54,456 nucleotides of DNA. It comes from a virus (taxonomy: Duplodnaviria; Caudoviricetes). Location: IMG/VR virus record IMGVR_UViG_3300027898_000010, positions 1-54,456 of that record; one strand, 5' to 3'. Below the pieces are notes generated by a model. It was given only the letters and a program-made list of their open reading frames with translations. It was not told the origin of the DNA and searched no databases. Positions 45,892 to 54,280 of the stretch are shown piece after piece. The first letter of the stretch is position 1, and every line of letters starts with the position of its first letter. The translations under genes and the position numbers were made by a program.

Positions 45892-46002
45892 GGTTTCCTC
45901 GCATATTCTCCAAAGTAGCGCGCATCGGCTACTGCGCGAGCGGAGGCGGCGGATTCAAGCGACTTGTAGCGCCCGAGTTCAATCAGTTGGCCATCGACGG
46001 CG

Positions 46003-46197
46003 TCAGCCACGACCACCTCCCCAGGCGGCGATGCCGATGCCCCCTGCGATGATGGCGTAGCCCTGGGCCGTGCCGCTGATGTGGATGAACGATAGCGCCG
46101 GCACGAGGTCTTGCAGCCCCTTGATGGCAGCTAGGAGGGCGAACAGCAGCGATACCGTCTGAATGAACGGGCGCATGGCGGTGAGGAACTGCGTCAC
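46003..46197 (-). CDS. Small two-TM membrane protein
   Basis: Two hydrophobic segments; GTGA coupling. Confidence 0.6.
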   Translation of the reverse strand: MTQFLTAMRPFIQTVSLLFALLAAIKGLQDLVPALSFIHISGTAQGYAIIAGGIGIAAWGGGRG

Positions 46198-46538
46198 GAT
46201 ACGATCTCCGGGGCTGGGCCTGCGAGGCGCTTGATGCGAGCAAGGTTGCGCTTGGCCTGCTTTACGAGGTCGAGCGCGACGTTGAAGCGGTGCTCGGCCT
46301 GCTGCAGGGCCTTTCTGCTGGTCGCAACCCGCTTGTTGATCCGAACTCTGCCGTCGGGCAGATCTTCCATGAGCGGGATACTCCGCACATCGGCGTAGGC
46401 AGCCTTGGCGCTTTCGAGAAGCACCTGGGACTGAGCGCGGTACGCTTCGGCCGTCTTCACGTCGGCAGCAGCGTCGGCCAGCGGGTTAGGCTCAGACGGC
46501 GTGTGTGAGGCTGTGGTGGGCGTGTGGAGCGTGTTCAT
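46194..46538 (-). CDS. Helical hypothetical protein
   Basis: ATGA coupling with the MTase stop. Confidence 0.6.
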   Translation of the reverse strand: MNTLHTPTTASHTPSEPNPLADAAADVKTAEAYRAQSQVLLESAKAAYADVRSIPLMEDLPDGRVRINKRVATSRKALQQAEHRFNVALDLVKQAKRNLARIKRLAGPAPEIVS

Positions 46539-48778
46539 GCGGCCTTCTCTTTGCGTTTGGGCTTCGCCTTCGGCTTCGGCTCGGGCTTTGCGTCTGGTGC
46601 CCAGCCGCGCTCGGCCACAACGTCGGCATAGGGAACCCGGGTGCCGTCGGGCTTTTCGAGGAACACCTTGTCGTAACCACCAACGAAGGTAGCCCACCGG
46701 TTGAGGGCAACGTCGACGTATGGGGGGTGGAGTTCGACGGCGTAGGCGATGCGGCCGGAAAGTTCGCAGGCCATGATGGTGGTGCCCGAGCCGCTGAACG
46801 GCTCATAGATCGCTTGGCCGGCGGTGGAGTTGTTCTCGATCGGGCGCTGCATGCAGGCGATGGGCTTCTGCGTCGAGTGGCCCGTCTCGGACTTGCGATG
46901 CTCGATGTGCCAGGTGGTCGATTGCTTACGGCCACCATGGTACTGACCCGGGTTACCGTCTTTCACGGCATAGGCGAGATCGTCGTGCTCGACATCGAAG
47001 CGGTCGGTCCATTGGTCCTTGGGGGACTTCGAGGCGAACGCGCAATTGTGAGTGACGATGCCGTCAGCAACGTAGTGCTCGTCTTTATCGACGTCGATTG
47101 AGTAGACCTCACCAACAAAAGGCTCGAACTCAACGCACTCAATGGTGCGCCATTCGAAGTTGTCTCCATCGGTCGGAACTGGAACCTGCATGATGCCAGG
47201 GACCAAATTACAAGCGGCTACACGCTTTGATTGTGAGCGGCTTGACCTCTCTCCATCTGCGCAGATAAGAGGGCGATGTTGGCTGAGGCCGAAATCGCTG
47301 AATAGGCGAGAGACGCCATCAGCAAGGCGATGGTGCCCGATCTTCAAATAGATTGCGGCGACATGATCCTTGTTGCGATGCACGTCGACCTTGTCTGGCT
47401 GACGCGCGGACGCTTCCCAGCAAGTTGTCGGGATGCCGTACACACAGCTGGCGACCTGTTCGGCAACCTGAGCCGACTGCGCGTCATCATGGGCCGACAA
47501 CACCCAGGCCGCGTCCGCTCCTTCTTGGCGACGGCGAACAGCAAGCCCAAATCCCAGAGAGTTGAACAACCGGCAGCGCCCCACTCGCCAACGCTCTCCA
47601 GAGCGCATCAGGTACACAACGTGCATGTCTGCCGCGTCGGGGGAGAAGCGAACCGTGAATGAATGCTCTGCGGTTGCGCGCGTGAGTAGATCGCCGACGC
47701 GGATAGAATGCATGTTCCCGTCATAGTCGCGCCTCACCGCCTTAGTCACGGCCCGGCCGCGCTTGCGAACAACGCTCTCGTAAGCGTTATAGCTAACGAC
47801 ATGATCGCCATCTTTGAGGGTTTCAATTGGGACCAATTCTATGTCTGCGAACGTCCCCTGACGCCCAACCTCAGTCGCGTGAGCTTCTACAACTTTTTGC
47901 ACCAAAGTTCCCGCCGGCTGGCACGGCTCATGCTGCCAATGGTAGTCGCCGCGGCTGATCGCCAGGCGGGGATTCACCCAAATGATCTGGCTCCGGATCT
48001 TGAATTTGCAGGCCTTCAGCGACTGGTAGACGACGTCGGCCATCACGCCAGCGTGCCACACGTAGGCGACGGAGCCGGGGAACAGCGCCCACGCCTCGCG
48101 CCAATCGGCCTGGTCGTCGTTCAACACCTTGCCCTTGGCCGTGTCGGCGCCGTTGGCGAGCCCAGCGCCATCGCGCCACGAAGCGTCGTACTCCACGCCA
48201 TAGGGTGGATCCGTGACCATAAGGTGCGGCTTAACCTTACCCAGCAACCGACCGACGACGTGGGCCTCGATCGAGGAACCGCAGATGATGCGGTGATCAC
48301 CAAGGTGCCATAGGTCGCCGGGCTCGGAGAGCGGGTGCTCGGGCGGTTCCGGAGTGGCCTCGGCGCGCTCCAGGTCGTCTTCCGTTAGGAGGAGCTTATT
48401 CAGTTCGTCCAGATCGAAGCCGGTCATGGCCAGATCGAAGTCGAGCGCCTGTAGCGCCTCCAGTTCGGACGCGAGCACGTCATCGAGCCACTCCGATTCC
48501 TGAGCGACCCGATTATCCGCGAGCCGATACGCTTTCACCTGCGCGGGTGTCAGGTCGTCGCCAACGGTGACCGGCACTCGCTTCAGCCCAAGCTGCTGCG
48601 CGGCCTTGAGACGCGTGTGCCCCGCGATGATCACGCCATCCGCGTCAACCACAATTGCGACGCGGAACCCTAACTCTCTGATGGAAGCCGCAACCTTGTC
48701 GACGGCCTTTGCGCTGATGGCGCGCGGGTTACGATCGTATGGCTTAACCCGCTCGATGTCCCAAAGAGCAACCTTCAT
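46535..48778 (-). CDS. ParB-N domain + N4/N6 DNA methyltransferase containing an intein
   Basis: PYDRNPR...IIAGHTRLKAA...YRLADNR; TDPPYG; HSTQKP; YEPFSGSGTT. Confidence 0.9.
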   Translation of the reverse strand: MKVALWDIERVKPYDRNPRAISAKAVDKVAASIRELGFRVAIVVDADGVIIAGHTRLKAAQQLGLKRVPVTVGDDLTPAQVKAYRLADNRVAQESEWLDDVLASELEALQALDFDLAMTGFDLDELNKLLLTEDDLERAEATPEPPEHPLSEPGDLWHLGDHRIICGSSIEAHVVGRLLGKVKPHLMVTDPPYGVEYDASWRDGAGLANGADTAKGKVLNDDQADWREAWALFPGSVAYVWHAGVMADVVYQSLKACKFKIRSQIIWVNPRLAISRGDYHWQHEPCQPAGTLVQKVVEAHATEVGRQGTFADIELVPIETLKDGDHVVSYNAYESVVRKRGRAVTKAVRRDYDGNMHSIRVGDLLTRATAEHSFTVRFSPDAADMHVVYLMRSGERWRVGRCRLFNSLGFGLAVRRRQEGADAAWVLSAHDDAQSAQVAEQVASCVYGIPTTCWEASARQPDKVDVHRNKDHVAAIYLKIGHHRLADGVSRLFSDFGLSQHRPLICADGERSSRSQSKRVAACNLVPGIMQVPVPTDGDNFEWRTIECVEFEPFVGEVYSIDVDKDEHYVADGIVTHNCAFASKSPKDQWTDRFDVEHDDLAYAVKDGNPGQYHGGRKQSTTWHIEHRKSETGHSTQKPIACMQRPIENNSTAGQAIYEPFSGSGTTIMACELSGRIAYAVELHPPYVDVALNRWATFVGGYDKVFLEKPDGTRVPYADVVAERGWAPDAKPEPKPKAKPKRKEKAA
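47045..47923 (-). mobile_element. Intein (293 aa) in the MTase
   Basis: WQHEP|CQPAGT...ATAEH...VYSIDV...YVADGIVTHN|C. Confidence 0.9.
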
Positions 48779-49260
48779 TTATGCCTCGCGAATTCGCCGT
48801 GGTATCTCTCCGCGGCCACCGCGCGAGCAGCGGCTGCCTCATCTATGGTGTCGAATCGACCCAGCGCGATTTTCTTGTTGTTCACGCTGATCATGGCGCA
48901 CCATTTCTGCCTCTCCTCTGACCAGCACACACCTTTGACGCCGGACTTGTTGCGACGCGGAGCTGGGGTGTTCCACCCGTTCTCCGCCTTCGTCGCGAGC
49001 CGTAGGTTGCATATCCGATTGTCATCCTTCACGCAGTTGACATGGTCAACATTGGTGCTCGGCCACTCCCCATAGTGGATCGCCCATGCCAAGCGATGGG
49101 CAGCCACCGTTTTGTAGCGGCCGGAAATTATGAACCCTATGATCTGGTATCCGCGATGCCGGGCGCCAATGATCGGCGTGCTAGATCGCCATACGCCGGT
49201 CTGAGGGTCGTAGCCGATGCAATCGCGCAAAGCAGAGATAGACCACACATCTATCTTCAT
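48775..49260 (-). CDS. HNH-AP2 homing endonuclease
   Basis: YDPQTG, AHRLAW, VDHVNCVKDDNRICNLRLAT, SGVKGVCW...LGRFDTIDEA. Confidence 0.9.
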   Translation of the reverse strand: MKIDVWSISALRDCIGYDPQTGVWRSSTPIIGARHRGYQIIGFIISGRYKTVAAHRLAWAIHYGEWPSTNVDHVNCVKDDNRICNLRLATKAENGWNTPAPRRNKSGVKGVCWSEERQKWCAMISVNNKKIALGRFDTIDEAAAARAVAAERYHGEFARHK

Positions 49261-49267
49261 CGGTTCC

Positions 49268-49693
49268 TCACATGAGAGCAGGTGGCCACCCAGCGCTATC
49301 GATCTGCGCCGTGGTGGTGATGGTTGGGGGGACGGCATTGATGCCGGAGAGAACGATTTGCAGCACCGGGCGCGCAAGTGCCGTGTCGGCGCCGGCCGCG
49401 ATCAGGGCACCGTACTTGTTCTTGAGGTAGGTTGTGAGTTGCTCCTTGAGCGGCACGGGGGGCGGCTGCGTCAGGGCCATGGCCTCGGCTGCCGTGATCT
49501 TGGGCAGCGACGCATGGGGCAGGTCGAGACCGCGGTTTATGGCGTTGGCCTGGTCCTGCGCCGAGAGGAAATACACGGTGCCCTTGGCGTCCTTCGTATA
49601 CATATCGGCAAAGGACGAGGCGAGCGCCAGCGGCGCGGGTGGCGGGGTTACAGGTGCAGGGGTAGGGGGAGTAGCGGGCGTTGATATCGTCAT
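49268..49693 (-). CDS. Tail-fibre assembly chaperone-like protein
   Basis: Follows a fibre gene; KDAKGTVYF...ITAAEAMALTQPPP...WP. Confidence 0.55.
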   Translation of the reverse strand: MTISTPATPPTPAPVTPPPAPLALASSFADMYTKDAKGTVYFLSAQDQANAINRGLDLPHASLPKITAAEAMALTQPPPVPLKEQLTTYLKNKYGALIAAGADTALARPVLQIVLSGINAVPPTITTTAQIDSAGWPPALM

Positions 49694-49717
49694 TGAGTAT
49701 CACTCCTTTCAATTTTA

Positions 49718-50458
49718 TCAGATCATTTCAGTCCACTGGTAGAGCACTTGGGTGCCTCCGCCTGACGTAATGATCGCGGAGTATGTTGCGCCGGATGGGA
49801 CCAGAAATGTCAGGTTGTTCTCATTGTATCCCTGAGCGGAAGCAGTGGAGCCGATAACGAGGCCATTCACCACCGCCTGGAACCCAACGGTTGACTGCCC
49901 AAACGAAACTGAGGTCATGATCATTTTCCCGCTGGTGTTGGTGTACGTAACCCCCATTGCGCGGCTGGCTGCAACGTTCGTCCACGTTGTGCCGAGACCT
50001 CCACCCCCACCCAGGGGCACCGAGGTGCCATCGACGTGTGCGACCAGGGCTGTTCCCGACCAACTGATATCAACGTTGTTCGCCGCGCTGGAATGCACAA
50101 ACGCGTTGCCCATGGCTGAGCGCAGAGACGCATCCGCGGTCGCATCAGCGGCCATGGACGCCGCCAGAGCCTCGATCTGCGCCGCGGACAAATCGTTCAT
50201 CGGCCCGAGCTTCGGGCCTGTCACGGCACCGTTGGCAATACCCGCAGTCCCGATGGGCAGAGTGGGTACAGATGCGACGTCGGCAGGCGTGTAGCCCAGC
50301 GCGCTATCGATCATAGCCGCCGTCAGCACGCCTGTGGCGAGGCCTGCAGCCGTCACTGCGTAGATCTTCCACGCATTGTTCGCCAGCACGTACTGGTATT
50401 CAATTCCGTCCGGGCTCGTATAAACTTGCCCATCGGTAGGGGCTGTCGGGAATGACAT
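49718..50458 (-). CDS. Short fibre protein with a receptor-binding-type C-terminal domain
   Basis: TWTNVAASRAMGVTYTNTSGK...TFLVPSGATYS...WTE. Confidence 0.7.
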   Translation of the reverse strand: MSFPTAPTDGQVYTSPDGIEYQYVLANNAWKIYAVTAAGLATGVLTAAMIDSALGYTPADVASVPTLPIGTAGIANGAVTGPKLGPMNDLSAAQIEALAASMAADATADASLRSAMGNAFVHSSAANNVDISWSGTALVAHVDGTSVPLGGGGGLGTTWTNVAASRAMGVTYTNTSGKMIMTSVSFGQSTVGFQAVVNGLVIGSTASAQGYNENNLTFLVPSGATYSAIITSGGGTQVLYQWTEMI

Positions 50459-50470
50459 CGGTTGGTGTCC

Positions 50471-50875
50471 TTATGCGAATTGAATCCAGGAGACGGTGTT
50501 CAACTTGTAGACAGAGCCATCGGCCGTATCGCGCCACTCCTGACCGGCGAACGGAGTGGCCGGAGGGGATGCGGCGCTGACTTGAAACGTCGCCTGCACA
50601 ATGGCGGCGTTGGCCGTCGATTGAGCATTGGACGCGGATGTAGCGGCAGCGGCCTCCGCGGCCTTAGCTCTTGTTACCTCCGCAGCTAGGTCGCTGGCCG
50701 CCTGGCTCGCCGTCGATTGAGCAGCAGCGGCGTTGGTGATAGCTTTGTTAGCCGTCGCCTGAGCGGCCTGCGCATAGAGCACCCAGGAATTGGATGCTGC
50801 CGAGAACTGGTACTGCGTCCCGTCCGTATCGGTGACGATCAGGCCATTCGTTGGGGAGGCTGGAAAGATGCTCAT
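50471..50875 (-). CDS. Fibre/connector protein
   Basis: Central Ala-rich coil flanked by motifs shared with neighbouring genes. Confidence 0.65.
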   Translation of the reverse strand: MSIFPASPTNGLIVTDTDGTQYQFSAASNSWVLYAQAAQATANKAITNAAAAQSTASQAASDLAAEVTRAKAAEAAAATSASNAQSTANAAIVQATFQVSAASPPATPFAGQEWRDTADGSVYKLNTVSWIQFA

Positions 50876-50883
50876 TTATCCCC

Positions 50884-51702
50884 CTAGAACAGCTGCACCC
50901 ACGACGTGCCGTTCCACTTGGAAACCTGCCCGTTCGTGGTGTTGTTCCATTCCTGCCCACGAAACGGCGCGGCCGGAGGAGTAGGCGACGCCACCTGAAG
51001 ATCTGAAATGCTCACCAGCGTCGATAGGTCGAGCACGACGCTTGGGCCGCCACCGCTCTCGGTGAATGTCACCTGGTTATTCGCCGCGTTGATGGTTGCG
51101 CCGCTCACATGAATGTCGGGCGCGAGCATCGCTTGGCTGAGGAACAGCTTCTGATCCGAGCCGCGCGTGATGAGGTTGCCGGTCTGCAGCGACGGACCGG
51201 CCGCAGCGATGATCGCATTCACGTCGATCTGGCCGCCTGAAACGTCAATCCAGTAGGCGACGCCAGGCGCAACCGAGGTCGCGATGTACCAGCGATCACC
51301 AACCGGGTCCCACCAGAAGTCGCCGATCTTCGCCTGACCCGGACCGGTACCAATCGTCGGCGCCGTGGTGCCGGTTGTTGAATCGAAGATGCTCTGGCGA
51401 AGTTGGGCCGCAAACCACTGCTTGAACAGCGTCGGCGTCAGCGGAACCCAGACTTGATTGATGGCATCGTAGGTGAAGAACGACCCAGGCACACCGGTGG
51501 GCGGGTTGCCCTGGTTCCACCAAAGCTGGGTGGTGTCGGTCGGCGGCGTCGGCGTAAAGCTGATGTTGTAGATCCCGAGGCGCCCGAGCACGCTCGCAAC
51601 CACGTCCTGGCTCCACGTCGTCACCGCAGTATTCGGCGACGCGCCCGGTAGCGGCGTCATCTGCAGCATTTGCTGCGTGATATCGACGGTCGCGTACAGC
51701 AT
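50884..51702 (-). CDS. Fibre protein with repeated P-x-GxxW modules
   Basis: ATG at 51702 overlaps the upstream stop; PPTDTTQLWW, IGDFWWD, FRGQEWNN. Confidence 0.65.
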   Translation of the reverse strand: MLYATVDITQQMLQMTPLPGASPNTAVTTWSQDVVASVLGRLGIYNISFTPTPPTDTTQLWWNQGNPPTGVPGSFFTYDAINQVWVPLTPTLFKQWFAAQLRQSIFDSTTGTTAPTIGTGPGQAKIGDFWWDPVGDRWYIATSVAPGVAYWIDVSGGQIDVNAIIAAAGPSLQTGNLITRGSDQKLFLSQAMLAPDIHVSGATINAANNQVTFTESGGGPSVVLDLSTLVSISDLQVASPTPPAAPFRGQEWNNTTNGQVSKWNGTSWVQLF

Positions 51703-52175
51703 CAGTTCGGTATCCCCCGGCTGAATTGACCCGGCGCCAGATCGTGCTCGGAACCGACGCGGTTGAATTGACGGACCTCGAAGCGCTGCGTCAGCGTGTC
51801 TCCGGACGAAAAGCGGACGAACACCACGGCATTGTGGTGATGCCGCCGGCCAACGCCCATGCCGTCCCCTGCGCAGAGGCCAGTTACATTCGACAGGATC
51901 AGGCGCACGCTGGTCGCATCGTACTGGCACTCGGCCATGCACCCAGCGCCCTTGGCGGTGACCTCAAGGATGCCCTCGCCCGGCTCGAGCCGGTGGGTGA
52001 GGTCCAGGCGCACGGTGAAGATGTCGCCGGGAGCCATGATGATCAGCGGCTCACCCCAAGCGTTGCGCGGAATGGTGCGGAACAGCGGCTCGCCCGACGC
52101 GCCATACACCAGCGTGCGGACCGGACGTTTGGAGCCAGTCTGAGCCAAAATATATGGAATTGGGGCGGTGGCCAT
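51702..52175 (-). CDS. Probable virion fibre adaptor protein
   Basis: First gene of the module; RLDLTHRLEPGEGI-type beta-rich sequence. Confidence 0.55.
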   Translation of the reverse strand: MATAPIPYILAQTGSKRPVRTLVYGASGEPLFRTIPRNAWGEPLIIMAPGDIFTVRLDLTHRLEPGEGILEVTAKGAGCMAECQYDATSVRLILSNVTGLCAGDGMGVGRRHHHNAVVFVRFSSGDTLTQRFEVRQFNRVGSEHDLAPGQFSRGIPN

Positions 52176-52331
52176 TGTTCGGACGTGATCCTGATATTAT
52201 ATTCCTGCAACCGGCTCTCATGTGTGTGAGTTTTGAGCCGCATACGCCCAGGTCGTGAGAGTGCTCCCTCACACCTGGGCGTCATCATTTGAGCCGTCAA
52301 TCACACCGACGGCGAAAATCCACGGACGTGG

Positions 52332-52622
52332 CTATTCGGATATCGGCTCTTCGACGAGAAGACAGCGGCGACGCCGGATCAGTTCCTCGTCGCTCGGACA
52401 GAACCCCACATCGGCGAACGGACTAAGCGAGGGCTTGCGAGGGGAGGCCTTGCCGCACGCTTCCTGCCGGCGGGCCTTGCGGCGGCCCCTCTCAACGCGC
52501 TTGTTCTCCGCGTACGTGCACTCGGGGCAACGCCGCTTCTGCGAGCCGGGAGGGCGGTGGAAGCCCTCGCCGCATTCGCAATAGGCATCGTGTCCCCGAC
52601 GGGATGTGTTGATTTTTAACAT
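52332..52622 (-). CDS. Zn-finger basic protein (candidate late regulator)
   Basis: AAGGAG RBS; CEC...RCPEC; between replication and late genes. Confidence 0.6.
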   Translation of the reverse strand: MLKINTSRRGHDAYCECGEGFHRPPGSQKRRCPECTYAENKRVERGRRKARRQEACGKASPRKPSLSPFADVGFCPSDEELIRRRRCLLVEEPISE

Positions 52623-52700
52623 CGTGTGCTCCTTCGACGTTATCTCGACCAGCGCCCGCGGCATGGCAGGCGAACACACGCAACCAAACGCAACAAATAA

Positions 52701-53279
52701 CTACGGCAGAACCTCTCCATCGGTGACGCGACCGCACCGGTCACGGCGCGCGAGAAGAGAGGCGCCAAGCTTCATCAGCGCCGACTTCGCCGGATGGTTG
52801 GCGCAAGCTAGTGCGGCATAGGTCTCGTCCAGAGACTGAGCCGACAGGCGAAGCGCACCGATCTCATGGTCATTGGGCAAGCGGCGGTGCTTGCGGCAGA
52901 AGCTGTGCAGCCCGAGCACCCAGCCCTCGTTGGCAGCTTGCGATCCGAGAGGACACCGGATCAGCGTGTCGGCCAGCGCGATGGCCTCCTTGGACCACTC
53001 GACGGCCGGGTCGGGCTTTCTGGCGGTCGCCGCCGCACCCTTCAGGCGGGCGGCCTCGGAACGCTGAGCCAGCACGTTCAGGCACGCAGTGCGGCACTCC
53101 GACGGGAGCGGGAACCGGTGATACTTGCCGGTGCGCACAAGGAGCGACATCGCGTCCTCCCAGATCGAGGCGTCGTGCTCGAACTCCTCGATCGCACCCG
53201 CGCACTCGGCGTAGTACGCAACCTCGTCTTCCGACTTGGGCTTGCCGAACGCGATGGTTAAACGGTTAAACTTCAGCAT
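52701..53279 (-). CDS. Replication accessory protein (helicase-loader position)
   Basis: HRFPLPSEC motif; follows the initiator-like gene. Confidence 0.55.
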   Translation of the reverse strand: MLKFNRLTIAFGKPKSEDEVAYYAECAGAIEEFEHDASIWEDAMSLLVRTGKYHRFPLPSECRTACLNVLAQRSEAARLKGAAATARKPDPAVEWSKEAIALADTLIRCPLGSQAANEGWVLGLHSFCRKHRRLPNDHEIGALRLSAQSLDETYAALACANHPAKSALMKLGASLLARRDRCGRVTDGEVLP

Positions 53280-54127
53280 GAGGCCCCCGCTGATCCGTTC
53301 TGGCGAGCGACCGACTCAGCACGCAGGCGGGCGGAGTGGGCCTTCATTTCGGCTAGCTTCCGAGCGACGGCGTCCTCGTCGTACAAGGGAGCCCCGGCGG
53401 CCTTCGGCGCCCCCTCGGCCTTGAGGCGGCGGGCAATCGACGTCCAGGCGTTGATCGGACGGCTCACGATCATGCCGGTTGACATGTCGGTTTCGAGCTT
53501 GTGGAACGCTTCCGCGGTTGCCGCTTGCCCAAAAAGCTCGACCGTCGATCGAAGCCACTGCCGGGCGTTCAGGGTTGTCATTCCACCCCACCGCTCAACA
53601 GCAGCGATCATTCGATCCGACAGCGAGCCAGCCAGCCCTTCGCTCGGGGCTACGGATTCACTGCTGGCTGGCTGGTGATTCTTCTCTTCACTTTTCTTTC
53701 TGTCCTGTAGTGTAGTGTAGTGTGTGTCGTCGGGCTTTGATTTTTCAGGGTTTTTTGCCGCGATCTCAGAGTGCTCACTGAGTGCTCCCGGAGTGCTCTC
53801 TGACTGATCGGCGACTGGCGCCGCAGTGATCTTGCGCCGCTTTGCGAGTTCGACATCGCATCGGCGGTTGCGGAGCGTGCCGTCGGCGCCGACGTAGAGC
53901 TTCCGCATTTCGATGAGGATTCGCTTGTTGGCTCGCACCTGCCGGATGTCGGTACAGAGCGCGGAGGCGATGAGGCGGTCATCGTTGGGGAGGTTACCGT
54001 CGTACCGATAGATGAGGTTCAGCACCTCCATGTAGAGCAGGCGGACCATGGGCTTAAGGCCGCGCGTTGCGGAGAGGAGATCCTCGGCATAGCAGGCGTA
54101 CCAAGACGGGGCGGGGCGACGGCTCAT
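53273..54127 (-). CDS. DUF1376/YdaU-like replication initiator
   Basis: WYACYAEDLL...LYMEVL...LPNDDRLIA...LRNRRCDVE; contains iterons. Confidence 0.8.
   Translation of the reverse strand: MSRRPAPSWYACYAEDLLSATRGLKPMVRLLYMEVLNLIYRYDGNLPNDDRLIASALCTDIRQVRANKRILIEMRKLYVGADGTLRNRRCDVELAKRRKITAAPVADQSESTPGALSEHSEIAAKNPEKSKPDDTHYTTLQDRKKSEEKNHQPASSESVAPSEGLAGSLSDRMIAAVERWGGMTTLNARQWLRSTVELFGQAATAEAFHKLETDMSTGMIVSRPINAWTSIARRLKAEGAPKAAGAPLYDEDAVARKLAEMKAHSARLRAESVARQNGSAGASC
53678..53809. repeat. Probable origin: GAGTGCTC at 53769, 53780, 53791 plus GACTGATC at 53802 (11-bp period), beside a T-rich tract and TGTAG x3
   Basis: Read directly; lambdoid origins lie inside the initiator gene. Confidence 0.6.
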
Positions 54128-54229
54128 TGGCAGTCCTCCGCATTGAGCTTTCTGTAGGTGGCAGCCAAGCTTCTCATAGCGCGCTCCTTGCCCGGGAGAA
54201 TCCCGGAGTGGAGCGACGTGAGCACGGAA

Positions 54230-54266
54230 TGGAACGGATTTCCACTCGAAGTGGAGCAGTTTTCCA
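54230..54266. promoter_or_regulatory. Tandem operators TGGAA-CGGAT-TTCCA and TGGAG-CAGTT-TTCCA upstream of the replication genes
   Basis: Read directly; 22-bp spacing. Confidence 0.65.
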
Positions 54267-54280
54267 CATTGCGCACATGG

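Noticed and set aside
47924-48778. ParB-N domain as a true partition protein
   Set aside because: ParB-N/MTase fusions are common near terminase genes; no HTH or ParA partner is seen.
53501-53515. Operator-like TGGAA-CGC-TTCCG; also partial matches at 36133 and 32590
   Set aside because: Wrong spacer length or two or more mismatches.
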